Shown: positions 49,375 to 62,454 of the stretch, piece by piece
Layout of the letters: each line of letters starts with the position of its first letter
How positions within the stretch are numbered: position 1 is the stretch's first letter
NCBI GenBank assembly: GCA_045837725.1
Contig: JBEWZL010000030.1
Location: 62,001-126,000 of the forward strand
Reading direction: 5' to 3'
Length of the DNA: 64,000 nt
Source: Vermamoeba vermiformis
Lineage: Eukaryota
Translations under genes and position numbers: made by a program
Notes under the pieces: model-generated
Databases searched by the model: none
What the model was told of the DNA's origin: nothing
Seen by the model: the letters and a program-made list of their open reading frames with translations, nothing else

Positions 49375-52300
49375 ATGAGCTCTGCAAGAACATTGGCACT
49401 CGTTGAGAAACTTGTGCGCTCTTTTTTGACAGGCGACGATAATCTACCAAATTTTATCGACGATTTAAGGTAAGGAAACGTTATAAATCGACGTTAATTG
49501 TATCATAAATTGTGTTTAATGAATTATAAAATTAATTTAATTTTTTTAGCGATGATCAAGTCGAGGATCTGATCGGATCCATCGAAATTTACGCCAGACA
49601 AGATCCAGCGGCACTTATAAATGTAATCAAAATGCTATTAAATCAATCAAGGACAAGACATTCTACAGTGTTAACATGCGTTCAATTAATCCAAGAGGAA
49701 CTGATTCGAGGTAATTTTCTTTAATTATGCAAATAGTAGATCCGCTAAATAATATTATTTTAGACAAAGAGTGCTTTCAATGCATGTCCGAGCTTCACTT
49801 AGCATTACTATCGTATAAATTAAGCGATCACGATCAAGCTAGCAATCAAATTGAAGAACTCGTCAAGTTAATTATGCAGCCCATGATGAACTGTAAGAAA
49901 TTAGCCATAATTAAATTAATTTTATGCTAATATATCCATTATAGTATCCGATAACAAGAATGGCATAACAACTACGTTGGACCTACTGCCGAGTTTGTTA
50001 ACTTTAGCAAGTCTCAGCAAAAATGCCTTGAGTACGCTAAATAGTTCTTTCTTTCAGTTAAATATTTTATTAATTTTATTTTTCGTGCATTAGATGAAAG
50101 TCAACGCATATTAGACGCGATATTGGACTCGCCACTCTCCTCAAAAGTGATTGCCCTGTCCAATGTACTCATCGATATGCAACTCACAACAGCTCAAGTA
50201 AGATCAATACTTATAGAATACTTATATTAACTGTGGCGTATTATCAGATTGGCAAACTACAGCAGCGCATGTTAGAATACGCGTCAAAAATTGAAGCGGC
50301 TGAATTTGCGGGCATGGTCAAGAACTCGATTAATTTCGTAGAAAAATCTAATAATCCCGTGCAATGGATATCTATATTACGTGAGATACTTAAGAATGTG
50401 AGTACAGTACCTTAATTAAGATCGCAACTAACCTATCGGATCAGATCCCGGTGTCAGAATTGCAAATAGTGTTGTATATATTAGACATATCACTACAACA
50501 CAACGAATCATTTCCGTTGTCTATAATTCAGTACTACAACGATTCACTGAAACAAAATCACGTGCTCGAGATGAACTTGTCGGATCTGTTCTTGTTGCTG
50601 TTGTTAATCAAATCGGAGAAGCACCGAGAGATGGCACTCAAAATTATATCAAAATTATTTGCGATGGCTACGAGCAACAGTTTTGATGCAGCACTGGCAT
50701 TAATGATGAAAATGATCAGTTTTCAAGGCATTGAAATGCAGTCAAATTTGATCCTCAAACTCGCCTTGTATTTGTGCGAGAAACAACAGCCACAGAAAGT
50801 GAGAACATTAGGCCACGTCACCTTAATAGAGGTACGTATAATACCCTTAGTAGCTGTTCTAACCGTCATCTAGTTGTTCAAACGTCACAGCACATCACGC
50901 GCAGATATTTTGTCCCTCTGTTTTTCATTAATTTTCGAAGAAAACACAAGCGAGAATAAGCAGATTGTAAGTCGTAAATAACAATAGGCTACCTTGCTAA
51001 TATGTATTACAGTCTGTTACTAGTCGAGAGTTCTGTCAGACGTTGGAATTGATCGCTAAAAACCACCTGTCGATGCTGTCAGAATTCCTCACAAAAATTC
51101 AAGACTGGCTCGGATACTTGCCTAATTATCCTTTACCATTAGCCAAAAGACTATTAGTCTTGTTTTTACCTCTCGCTCAAGTCAACCCACAGTTCTACGT
51201 AAGTTTGAGGCCGGATCTACAAATTCAGTTTTCTAACTCAAACAATAGGACTCGCTGTTGAAACTATTCAGAAAGTTCTTAATTTTGAAAGTCAAAGATA
51301 CGAAGATCTTAGGCGTGCATGGCGTGTGTCAGTTATTGTCGCACAACATTCTGCGCAAGTCGGTACATTCAGGCTCACAATCGCACTTGAATGACGATGA
51401 AATTGAATTGCTTGCCCTTATCAAACAAGTAAGTGCCGGGTATTAAAGGATTATACCCACATTAATCCTATTAATAGGGTCTGTCCATCTCGATAGAGGC
51501 CAGATCTGATGTGTACACATCGATTTTGTTGCTCGTGAAAAACACTTACTTTTGCAAGGTACATATATTTTACCTACCATAGTCACATTAGACTTATAAT
51601 GTATAATCAGGGGTCCGCTAAAGTAGAAATATTGAAGAGAATAAGAGCCATTTTATTAGCGAAGTTAAAACGATTTCAAAAAGACAACGAGCAAGGCGTG
51701 TTGTGCATGGAGAAGTGCTTCGAAGACATGAAGAGCCAAGGCGTGCGTGAACGAGAAAACATTCTTTACCTCATTGGTGCTCTGTTGGCCACTGTTCTGT
51801 CACTCAAACATTCGAACGTTGAAAGTACGTCCACTACAAACTCACGCTAATTCATCTGTAACGCTAAATATAGGCCCTAAAACAATCGAATACATCGTGG
51901 AATTGATAAACCAAGTCGGAAATCTCAAAGAAATGATGGCACTAGCACGTATATATTACAACCGTGAAGACGATGTAGAACCACCGCTCTTCGCTCTATC
52001 ACGCAATCACACTCGATTGGACGACGAAGAAGAGTACTCTGAATTGAATTGGCTCGATGCTCCGTCCAGCCAGCTCGTTCAAGTCATCAAAAACTCCGCG
52101 AACATGACGTGTGACCCGTTCAAAATTCCCTCTGAACCTCGTCTTGCTTTACTTATTCCCATACTCGGACTCTTAATAGTACGTACCCGGTACCACCTTC
52201 AATGTATCTAATGCCCCTTCTACATAGGATCTATTATACCAAATGCCGTCCACCTTTGACAAGTACAGCAATTCAGTGAACAAAGCGCGCAAAGTGTTGT

Positions 52301-54608
52301 TCGAGGAGTTTAGTTTCTTAGTCGTCAAAAACAAGTCAGCACAAGGTAACACCAACGCTGCCTATGAATACAATTGACTAACTTTTTCGTAGAGCCCGAG
52401 TCTATTTCAATGGCCACGATGTCAACTCTGTTGAAAGAACACATCGCATTGATCTCGCGCAAGAAAGATCCGTGCATGAACTACTTCACACTGCACAGCA
52501 CACTGCTTATTCTTGAACGAAAGCTCTCATTCTGGACGAAGAATTTGATCGAACTTCACTCAGCCTCGCTTGGTTGCGAAAGATTTTTGTCGCAGGCCAC
52601 AACAGCCATTGGATTTTTATCGTTGACGGCGCTGCAAGTGCAGTACTTGCCGTTGATGGGAGGTCTAGAACTGTCAGGCTATGAATTTGGCGAAGATATC
52701 TTGATGAATTTATTGAGCACCATGTTCAACTTGTTCAAGCACGTGCATCAGATTGAAGACGATCAAATTGACGCGAGTTTAGAGCTGTTGAATAAGCTGC
52801 CTGAAGAGTCAAAAGTCAAACTCGATGGCAAGCACGCCAGGTTCTCAGTGCTGCAGACGTGCGTGCTGATGATTGGCTCGTTGTTGACTGTCGCACTAGC
52901 AGCCACGCAAGAGCCCCTCAATTTGCTGTCATTAGCGCTCACTGAAGACGAGAACGGTCGACCAATCAGAGACTGGCTGCACGTGCCTGACTTTGACGAG
53001 GATAAAATCGTGTTGGGCTCAATTAGGACAAAAGAACCTGCCAAAAATAGCAAGAAGAAAAGGAAAGGCAAAGCAAAGGCGAACGGCAATGGTGTCCATA
53101 AAAGGAAAAACGACTCGGATATTAATGAACGGCCGAACAAGCGACAAAAAGTGATCGAAGACAATGTTATAACGAACAACAATAACGCACCTGTAAGATT
53201 TAGTTTTTCAGCGACAGCACTCTACTTTGCCAAGTACTTAGCGGTGCAAATTGAACAAGGACTGCCGAGCTCGTTGATGAAGGCTTATTTGACGTTGATT
53301 GACCAGCTCTACAACCAGCACTTGAGCGGTAAGTTTGCCGGATAAGTGCTTTTATATCAATACCTAATATGGCTGTTCGCGTAGTGGGCGGCGAGAAGGA
53401 CACGAATATTACGCAAATAAGCTTGATCTATATTTGGATATTGAAGAGCTATCCCATCGAGACTGGTGTCCTCGTCAAATCCATGCTCGCATTTGCCATG
53501 AACAACACGACTTCATTGAGCGAGAAGATGAGCATGGCCGCTGAGATCGTTGAGACGTGTTTGGATATTAACGTACGCTCTTGTTATAGTCACTACAACT
53601 AGGGTAGAATTAACACTTGCATCGCTTAGGCTGACGACGATGAAGACAAGTTACAAGTGGCTGGTTCAAATGCCACCAAACAAGCCGCCATGACGGTCGT
53701 AGCCGCGTTCTTTGATTCAATTCTCGCAACTCTTACCAAGCCTGCCTGTAAGTACTATACTCGCAGTCATCTCTTGGACCCGTCTAACATGATCATGAGC
53801 AGATCTGCAAGAGAACATGAGTGTTATAATGGCCATGTACAAAACATTCAAAACTATCCTCGGTGCTGAAACAGATGTGCGCAGTATCGCCATGTCGTCA
53901 TTAAGAAGACTGCTCGTCCTCGCTGAGAAGTTGTGCAGATCGAGCACATCCGCGGTCAAAGCACTGAAGAGCACTGCCATCATTGAACAAATATTCGACG
54001 AAGAGACCAATGACGTCACTTTGCTCGAGTTTTTGCAAGAATTGAAGTCGGTGACTGTCGCAGCACAAGAATGGACCAATAAGAATCGAGCTAATTTGAC
54101 TAAGGTAAGTGTCAAACAGCATAATACAGTCACCCCTCTAATCGATCTGTTCAGATTAATGCAAAGAAAGTGCCAATGTTGTTGTTCCAAATTGAGACCT
54201 TGGATGTCACCATACTCAAGTTTGTGCATTCACGCATGGTGCCTGATGACCTCAAAGATGGTACGTGTCAGAGTATGTCAAGTGTTTAATAGTGTTAATA
54301 TACTTATAGATCTTGCGAATATGTTCGGAGCGAGCAAAGGGCACGCAGCCAATGGTGAAGACACGGATCAAGGCTCGGATGCAGAAGAAGAGAATGGCCA
54401 CGATGAGATTGATGAAGAAATAGACGGAATGATGCTCGATGAGTTGATGGATGAGAAGCCAGTGCGTCGTTCGAAGAAGAAAAGGAGATCGTTGCGCAGT
54501 AGAAATCCGTACATTGACGACCAACTCGCCGTGGATGTGGAAGCAGAAGATGACTACGCGGATCTGGAAGATTGGATCGTCGTTAAGAAAGGAAAATCAT
54601 ACGCTTAA
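49375..54608 (+). CDS. FANCI: Fanconi anaemia group I protein-like (large helical solenoid)
   Basis: KIQDWLGYL..LPLAKRLL..LFRK..ILGVHGVCQLL..IELLALIKQGL..ARSDVY, which resembles the FANCI solenoid around the ubiquitinated Lys. About 20 exons. Confidence 0.65.
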
Positions 54609-54748
54609 TTAATGTCTGTATACGAAATAACCTGTAAATTAAATACTATGACCTCGGAACTGGTTTTTATTGAATAAAATATTACGCAATGGTGGATACA
54701 AGAGCCATTGAAACAAACACTATCACTCATATCTCTAGAGACTCGCGA

Positions 54749-56211
54749 TTAAGCATAAACGAGTTCAATGGATTGAATTCTGGCTGTGGATCCACTTCCT
54801 GCCTTAGATTCAATTGCACCAGAGCCAGCATTGAAGGTGTATAATGTATTAATCAATTGATTCTTATGGGACGTCATTACATAGCCCAGGCCAGTCTTTT
54901 CGTCATAGGTGAAAGCATTAACAGTGTCTTCTTGTGTAAGACCAATTTTCTTTTGAACACACTTGCCAGCCATTGATATTTGTTGGGTGTAATAATCGAT
55001 AACGCCTAATAAGGATAAATCTCGTTAACCTTGAAGATTACAATTAGAAGAATTTCCCGTTACCTGGACCTTCAAACGCGGGTCCAAACATGAATAGTTG
55101 TTGTCGCTGAGAGTCCCAAACCAGTTTTTGAGGGAACACCATTCGCTGGCAGTTCAATTTAATCGCGGAGGTCATAGCGCCGCTGTTCAAATTCGATCTG
55201 CACCAAATTAGTTTGTATCGCTACTAATGCGCCATTTAAAGGATACACACCTGATAAAGAAAGAGGTCTGAATAACTAATGTTGACTTGTTGAGCTGCAA
55301 TGAAGTAATATTGTTGATTGGCAGAATCCAGAGCAGATGTACGGAATGTACCGGCAAACTTGAAGTCAGGTACTAAGATTGGCATTAACCGTAAGCATTT
55401 ACCATATGTGACCACATATAATACGTCTATAGGAGTGTATTCGCATCTACTTACTGTAACTGAATCTAACGGATTCGTCCGTTGGAAATGAAACCAAGTA
55501 GGGTTCTCCCTTGTCACTGCCAGCAACTGTTTATACTATCTATTAGTGAACTGGTTTCATTCAATCAACTTTGAACATCGATTCGCATCTCGTGAACCGG
55601 TTGTTGATCATCCACCTTTGGAAGCAACTTACCAAGTAGACGCTTTTTGACCTGATCGTAATTCAATCTATATATTTATATTAGTATCAATGCAGTGCGT
55701 AGACGTAACTGCGCAAATAACGTACTGCTCGACCGAATCCAGAGGAAATCCGATCGGAACCTTTGAAGAGCCTCTGAAAACATCGGCACGGAAGCCCAAA
55801 GCCCCAGAACTACCATCGTTGACGTAATAATACACGCCCTCGTCAGAATCAAATGCAGAAATTCCAAGATCACCGGCGCTACATCAAAAAGGAGGTAAGT
55901 GGAGTAGAAGAATTAGTAAAATACGTACGCGCTACCGAGACTATAGAAGGTTCTGACCAATTCGGTGGTAATACCAGAGCTGATCTCGGTCTGCCCCACA
56001 AACCAGTAAAAATTGCCTTTGTGATCAAAGGCTGAACTGAATAGCACCGGATTCTTTTGAGCGATAGCCTAGAATAAATAAGGTGTCAATATGAACTCGT
56101 AATAAGGTTGTTAAAGGCAAAGATGTTTTGATCCGATCTTTGCGCCGGATCCTCGATTATAACTTTACTTACAAATGAAATAAAGGAAAGCAAAACAATA
56201 ATTGTCTTCAT
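54749..56211 (-). CDS. Secreted hypothetical protein, probably beta-propeller
   Basis: Signal peptide MKTIIVLLSFISF|AIA and repeated beta-rich units (SALDSANQQYYF, LVWDSQRQQLF, FTYDEKTGLGY). Confidence 0.65.
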
Positions 56212-56644
56212 TTTTAGATACTTTGGTACACTGTTGCACACAGGCAAAGTTGAAATACTTTTCTTTTCATTCTTCGCAGGGATAGTATTTTCAAGGAAAT
56301 TCTGCCAGGGCGCAGCACGTGAGTACATTTTTGCTTTTACGTCTCACCGAAAAAATATCATTACTGGAATGAGCTCGAAGTTTCGAAAAGACGTAAATTA
56401 GGGAGGTCGTCGTTCGCCGGAAAATAGGCATTTTTGTGCGCCAGGAGATAAGCCGGTAGAAATAAATCAATTGTTAACAATGTCAATTCGTCTAAATATC
56501 AACCGCGCAGGCGTCTGACACCTATTAATATAACTGTTTCGACTGCTTTGCCATAATAACTTCAGTTCGAAAAAATTCAACACAACAGAAATTTGATGAA
56601 TGTGGCTCAAAATTCTCTCGTTCGTCATTTGTTTCATTGGCATT

Positions 56645-57854
56645 ATGTTCTTGCGGCAGTTGTGGAGAAGCGCAGTAAGTATTCGCAATTCCGCAACAAA
56701 ACCGTTAGCTAAATCCATTAAGCCGATCTCAACACGAACGTACAACACAATGAGCAACATAGGATTAGTTGTATTACCTCCTAAAAAGACTCCTCAAACC
56801 GGCACTGTAATTTTCTGCCACGGTAAGCTGAAACGGAGATCGCAGGTTAATTTATTTTAACTGCGAGTTTTTATTTTCAATTATTAAAAATACGATAATC
56901 CCTCCTTGCCTAAATGTCGTTACAGACCGATACAACCGGCTATACAATAATTAATTTAAATTAAATTTAATATTTTTCTTCAGGTTTGGGCGACACCGCT
57001 TATGGCTGGAAAGATGCCATGGAAATGGTGCAAACTAAATTGCCCTCAATTAAATTTATTCTCCCCACTGCGTAAGTTTCGCTTGCAACCACTTCGAATT
57101 CAATTTCGATAGTAACCGTTCTCTTTAGCCCCAAGAACCCTGTAACATTGAACGGTGGTATGAAGATGACATCGTGGTACGATATTGTTTGTAAGTGTAT
57201 TTGTTTCTGATGCGCGCACTGTTACTAACTGGATTCGATCGCAGCACTCGACAAGTCCGATGTAAAAAAAGAAGCATTTGCCGGCATTGATGACTCGCGC
57301 AAAACAGGTACAATTGATATTAATCTCATATTAGTATGTTCTAATGCTGTATTATTGTAGTGCAAGGATTTATTGAGGAAGAGATCAAGAACGGCATTGC
57401 TCCCGAGAAGATTGTTGTTGGTGGATTCAGCCAAGGTATGCATTTAGTAATAATAAACAATAGATATTAATACTATGCACTCAAGGAGGAGCAGTGAGCA
57501 TCTACACAGTGTTCCAACAACATCACGTGCTCGGTGGTGCTCTCGTGCTCAGTTCTTACGTGCCTTTCTACCACGAGTTCGCTAAGGTGTGTATCGATAA
57601 TGTACTTGCCGGCTAATGTGTTATTAATTGCGCTACTGTAGAGAATTACTGAAGAAGGCAAGAAGACACCGCTGTTCATGGCACACGGTGATGAAGATCC
57701 GCTCATTCGACTCGAGTACAGCAAAGAGAGCTTTGAGATTTTGAAGAAGTCAGGCGTGCAAGGTGTATATAAGGTGTACGAAGGCATGGCTCATTCCGCC
57801 AATTACGAAGAGATCAACGATGTCACCGCTTGGTTGACCAAGATCTTGAAATAG
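56645..57854 (+). CDS. Acyl-protein thioesterase / lysophospholipase (APT1/LYPLA1-like)
   Basis: VIFCHGLGDT..GW, PVTLNGGMKMTSWYDI, VGGFSQGG nucleophile elbow, HGDEDP, YEGMAHS. Confidence 0.92.
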
Positions 57855-58071
57855 TTTCATCTCCCTATAAATTGCGCTTTCAGATCATGATCCCTCAGGC
57901 TTGATGATTTTATTTTCAATTCACAACCATTACAGCTTGTACCTACAACCGAGAAATTTCTCAGATTTAACGTAACTTAAACAGTTAAACGTGTCAAGGC
58001 CAAGCCAGTTTAACTGTCACTTTATTGCAAATGCTACGGAAACAAACACAAACACAAAAACAATCGCAACA

Positions 58072-60152
58072 ATGGAGAAAAACGACTTCGAAAAAGAAAA
58101 AGAACAAGAACAACTATTTGACGACTTTGACGCTGAGCTACGCGTAGAAGAGCCTGCGGCAGAAGACGGTGACGGTAAGCGGAACGACAACAAGCCGAAC
58201 AACAAGCGAAACAAGAACGAAAAGAAAAACTCGAAAAGGTACGTTAAATATCACTAGTGCAGGAGCTTGGCGGTCGTTAAGAAAAATGTCATTCGGGGAG
58301 TTATCCCGGAAAAATTTTAATGGTCCAAATTTGCTGCTTCCCTTTTATTGAGTATCTACACCATAATAACAACACATTGGCGTTATTACTTTGAAACTTA
58401 CTCAACATGAACAGATCGACTGCTTTGGATTTGGATTTATTCCGTGAGGAGAAGGGAGGAAACCCTGAAGTTGTTAGACAATCGCAAAAGGCCAGATTTA
58501 AGGACCCCGAAGACGTCGACAAAATTATTGGCGTCGATAAGGAGTGGAGAGAAAGTACGTTAAGAAATACATCCACAAATATTTTATTAATTTTTTAAAA
58601 AATATTCTGCGTCCCTGAACAAAGCGAAAATTATGCCGTTAGCGCTATATCGTATTTATGCAACTAACTCCCGAATTATTATGGATTAAATTAGTGTTCT
58701 CATTAAATGAAAATATTTAACCGCATCCTCTAACTTTTATATTAATAGAGCGCTTCCAACTTGACCAAAAGAAAAAAGACCTCAATAAAATCCAAAAGGA
58801 ATACGCTCCTAAGAGAAAGGTAATGGTGACAAAGTTGCGATCGTGGATGCTGAGTATTTACTGAATCTTATTTATTTAGACTGGTGAGAAGGATGAAAAT
58901 ATTGAAAACCAAATGAAAGAAATCAACAAACAAATTGAAGAACTTGAAAAGGAAGAAAAGGAAGTCATGACCAGATTGCACGGTATGGTCAACAAGATCG
59001 GCAACATCGTTCACTCGAGCGTCCCAATCTCGCAAGACGAGGTACTTATATTAATACCACTTAATTATTCTTATTTAACTGACACCGCTCGCTACATCCA
59101 GGCCAACAACGGAATTTACAAAGTTGTGGGTACTGAGCGCCCCTACGAGGACTGGTTCAAGCACCACCACGAATTGTTGTACATGATTGACGGCTACGAC
59201 GCTGAAGCTGGCTCGAGAACCGCTGGTCACCGTGGCTACTACTTGAAGGGTATTGCCGTGCACTTGAACCAAGCCTTGATCAACTACGGCTTGCAATTCT
59301 TGGCCAAGCGAAAGTACACCGCCGTTCAAACCCCGTTCTTTATGAAACGAGACGTTATGGACAAGGTTGCTCAATTGGAACAATACGACGAAGAGCTCTA
59401 CAAGGTCACTGGCAACAACGACGACGGTGACATGTATTTGATTGCTACTTCGGAACAACCTCTCTGCGCCCTCAACTTGGACGGTGTCATCGAAGGCAAG
59501 GACTTGCCTTTGCGCTACGGTGGTTACTCGACTTGCTTCAGAAAGGAAGCTGGTGCTTACGGCAAGGACGCTTGGGGTATCTTCCGTGTTCATCAATTCG
59601 AGAAGATTGAACAATTCTGCATCACCAACCCCGACAAGTCGTGGGAGGAACACGAAGAGATGATCAAGACTGCTTGCGAATTCTACGAGTCGGTAAGTCA
59701 CGAGTCACCATTGACATGCAAGTGCTCGAGTACTAACGCGTTGCATTCAGTTCGGTTTCTGCTTCCGAGTCGTGAACATCGTCTCGGGTGAGTTGAACAA
59801 CGCTGCTGCCAAGAAGTACGATCTTGAAGCCTTCTTCCCCACTTTGCAAGTCTACCGTGAACTTGTCTCGGCCTCGAACTGCACTGACTATCAATCGCGC
59901 CGATTGGGCATTGTCACTGGTACCGGCAAGGACCGCAAGTTTGTGCACATGCTCAACGCCACTCTGTGCGCCACCACTCGTACCATGTGCTGCATCTTGG
60001 AGAACTACCAAACTGAGAAGGGTATCAACGTACCCACCGTCTTGCAGCCCTACTTGGCTCCCTTCCTCGAAGACCCCACTTTCATTCCCTTCGTCAAGGC
60101 TGCTCCCAAGCGAACTGAAGCTGCCAAGCAAAAGCCCGCTGCTAAGAAATAA
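58072..60152 (+). CDS. SARS1: Cytosolic seryl-tRNA synthetase
   Basis: [74 protein letters not shown]. Confidence 0.97.
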
Positions 60153-60277
60153 GTCCGTGAATAGATGTGGACCTATTCGTAACATTAAATGTTTCTAACG
60201 CAGTATCTCGTTAGAACTAATAAATTATTTAATAATAATTAACGAGTGCGATCCACATTTAAATTCAAAACTCCGAC

Positions 60278-61496
60278 ATGGAACCACAAAAGAAAGAAGA
60301 TCACAGTTCAGACGAAGAAGTCGCCAGTGAGGTGATTGAAGACTTATTCAATGATGAGTCGTTCTACAAGCCTGAACCGCTCGACACTTTCGACGTTTAT
60401 GAGCGCAAGTTTGATCACAAGGATGGTGAGTCCCATTGCTTTAATTTATCGATAAAATATCGTGCATATTATTCTTACACTCATTATCCTCAGGAACTCC
60501 GAAAAATATTACAATTCGATTGGCTGGATCGCATCCGGTAAAATAAAAATAAATTATAATAATTCTCCTACTAATTTTTGGGACGCAGTTGTGGGCTACT
60601 AAATTGTGGAACGCCTCAAAATTTATTGCAGAACATATCGACGATCCTTCCACAGATTTCCACCCTCAAAACAAAACGTGAGTATTCCCTACGATATAAA
60701 GGCTAAAATATAACGATATTATTATTTAGTGTTTTAGAACTTGGTGCAGGTACGTCTAATAACATATTTTTCGTGATCCGTCAAGCCGGTATTGATCAGA
60801 TCCAGGTGGCGCTCTTCCCTCTTTGATTGCTGTCCTTCGAGGAGCCTCAAGGGTACGTAGTCGCCGCTAACCAATACAATTGTTACGTGCATGAATATAT
60901 ACTGACATGCACAACGCGCAGGTTGTGTTGACAGACTACCCCGACAAGCCTCTCATTCACTGCATGGAACACAACGTCAATGAGAACATTCCTGCTAACT
61001 TGAAGGACCGCGCTGCTGTTGTGGTATGTAACGTTTAATAGGTAGACACCTGATACTGTACTAAAACAGCGTCATGCATTAGGGTCACATCTGGGGCAAG
61101 GACATTCACGAGCTGACAGACGAACTGAAGAAGGTCAATCGCACCAAGTTCGATGCCATCATCTGCTCGGACTTGTTGTTCAATCACGTGGCGCACAAGG
61201 CCTTGTTGGAAACCATTCACACTTGCTTAGAAGACGACGGCAAAGTACGTACAAAGTTATTTACATTAACAGGACTATATACATAATAAGGACTTAAATA
61301 GTGCTACGTGACATTCTCGCACCACAAAGTTCGAAAGATGAAAGAAGACATGGTGTTCTTTGAGCTCGCACAACAAGAGCCGTTCAACATGAAAGTCGAA
61401 AAGGTTGGCGAAGTCAAGATGACACCAATGTTTGAAAAAGATGAAGGACCCGCTGAAATTCGTGCCACCGTTCACTTCTATATTCTGCGTAAATAA
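60278..61496 (+). CDS. EFM7: EFM7/NNT1-like protein N-terminal/lysine methyltransferase (family 16)
   Basis: IRLAGSHPLWATKLWNASK, VLELGAGGALPSL, VVLTDYPD, GHIWG, SDLLFNH, FSHH. Confidence 0.85.
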
Positions 61497-61676
61497 AAAT
61501 TAAATTAGAAATGGATGGACGTAACGGTACCAGGTTGCTAACAAAAAAGAGTGATCCTCAGTTAAGTTTAGGTCAGAACATGGTTATGTTCATATAAATC
61601 CCTTATAAAATTTTATAATCACAGGAGAAGTAGGTATTTAACAATAAAATGATTAAAGATCGTTGCAACTTACTTT

Positions 61677-62217
61677 TTAATAAGTGAAATCTTTCTTTAA
61701 GTGACCAATGCAGTAGTTTGGCAACTCTTCCTCACGAGCAATACCACTATGGTGGTTATTAGCGAACAACTGGGATGCATCAGTTCCAGCACCGTCACAA
61801 ATTCGATCGCCTCCAGGATGACGTACGACTGAAAAAATTAAAATAATTAATGACATGCCGATAATAACTAAAACTATAGAGTATGTAATATGGCAATCAA
61901 CATTTGCGGTATAAAATAAATATTTAAAAATACATACTCCATGGTGTTACGTCGTAAACTTTGTCATCGATGACCAACCAAAGATCGTTGTTCTTAGTGT
62001 CTTTCAGCGAGCATTTAGTATGCTTCTTCACGTCATCCATAGTATACATTTCTTCAGGGCAAGTCTTCTTTGTCTTTACATTATTCTCTTCTTGCGTCGG
62101 ATGCTCCTCGATCACCTTCTTCTTCTTTGAGCTGCCCGTAGGGATAACAGCCAAGTAGAAGAACAAGAAGACGATGAACCCGGCAACAATAGTACGAAGG
62201 GTTTTTGCTGAAGCCAT
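61677..62217 (-). CDS. Cytochrome b5-like protein with N-terminal membrane anchor
   Basis: YTMDDVKKH..DLWLVIDDKVYDVTPW..RHPGG..GAGTDAS..H (both heme His) and an N-terminal TM. Confidence 0.9.
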
Positions 62218-62454
62218 TCGTGGTGTTGCGTATCAGTATTAGCTACGATTGAAATTTTTTGACTGAGCTAAAAATAACTGAGTTCAAAAAACGTTTGCCG
62301 ACGTACGCTGGACTCAAAATTGTAATTCTGTTGTACCAGGTACTTACTTGAGTCTGACCAGAGCGTAGAATACGAGCGGAGGAGAAAAAGAAGGAAAGAA
62401 ATTTGGTTGGGAACTCGATCTGATTCACAAAGTTAAAAAAACGAAGTTCTTGCG

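Noticed and set aside
297-60185. Long antisense ORFs (e.g. 297-866+, 8586-9005+, 52763-53182-, 59075-59701-)
   Set aside because: Shadows of codon-biased exons on the opposite strand, with no recognisable motifs.
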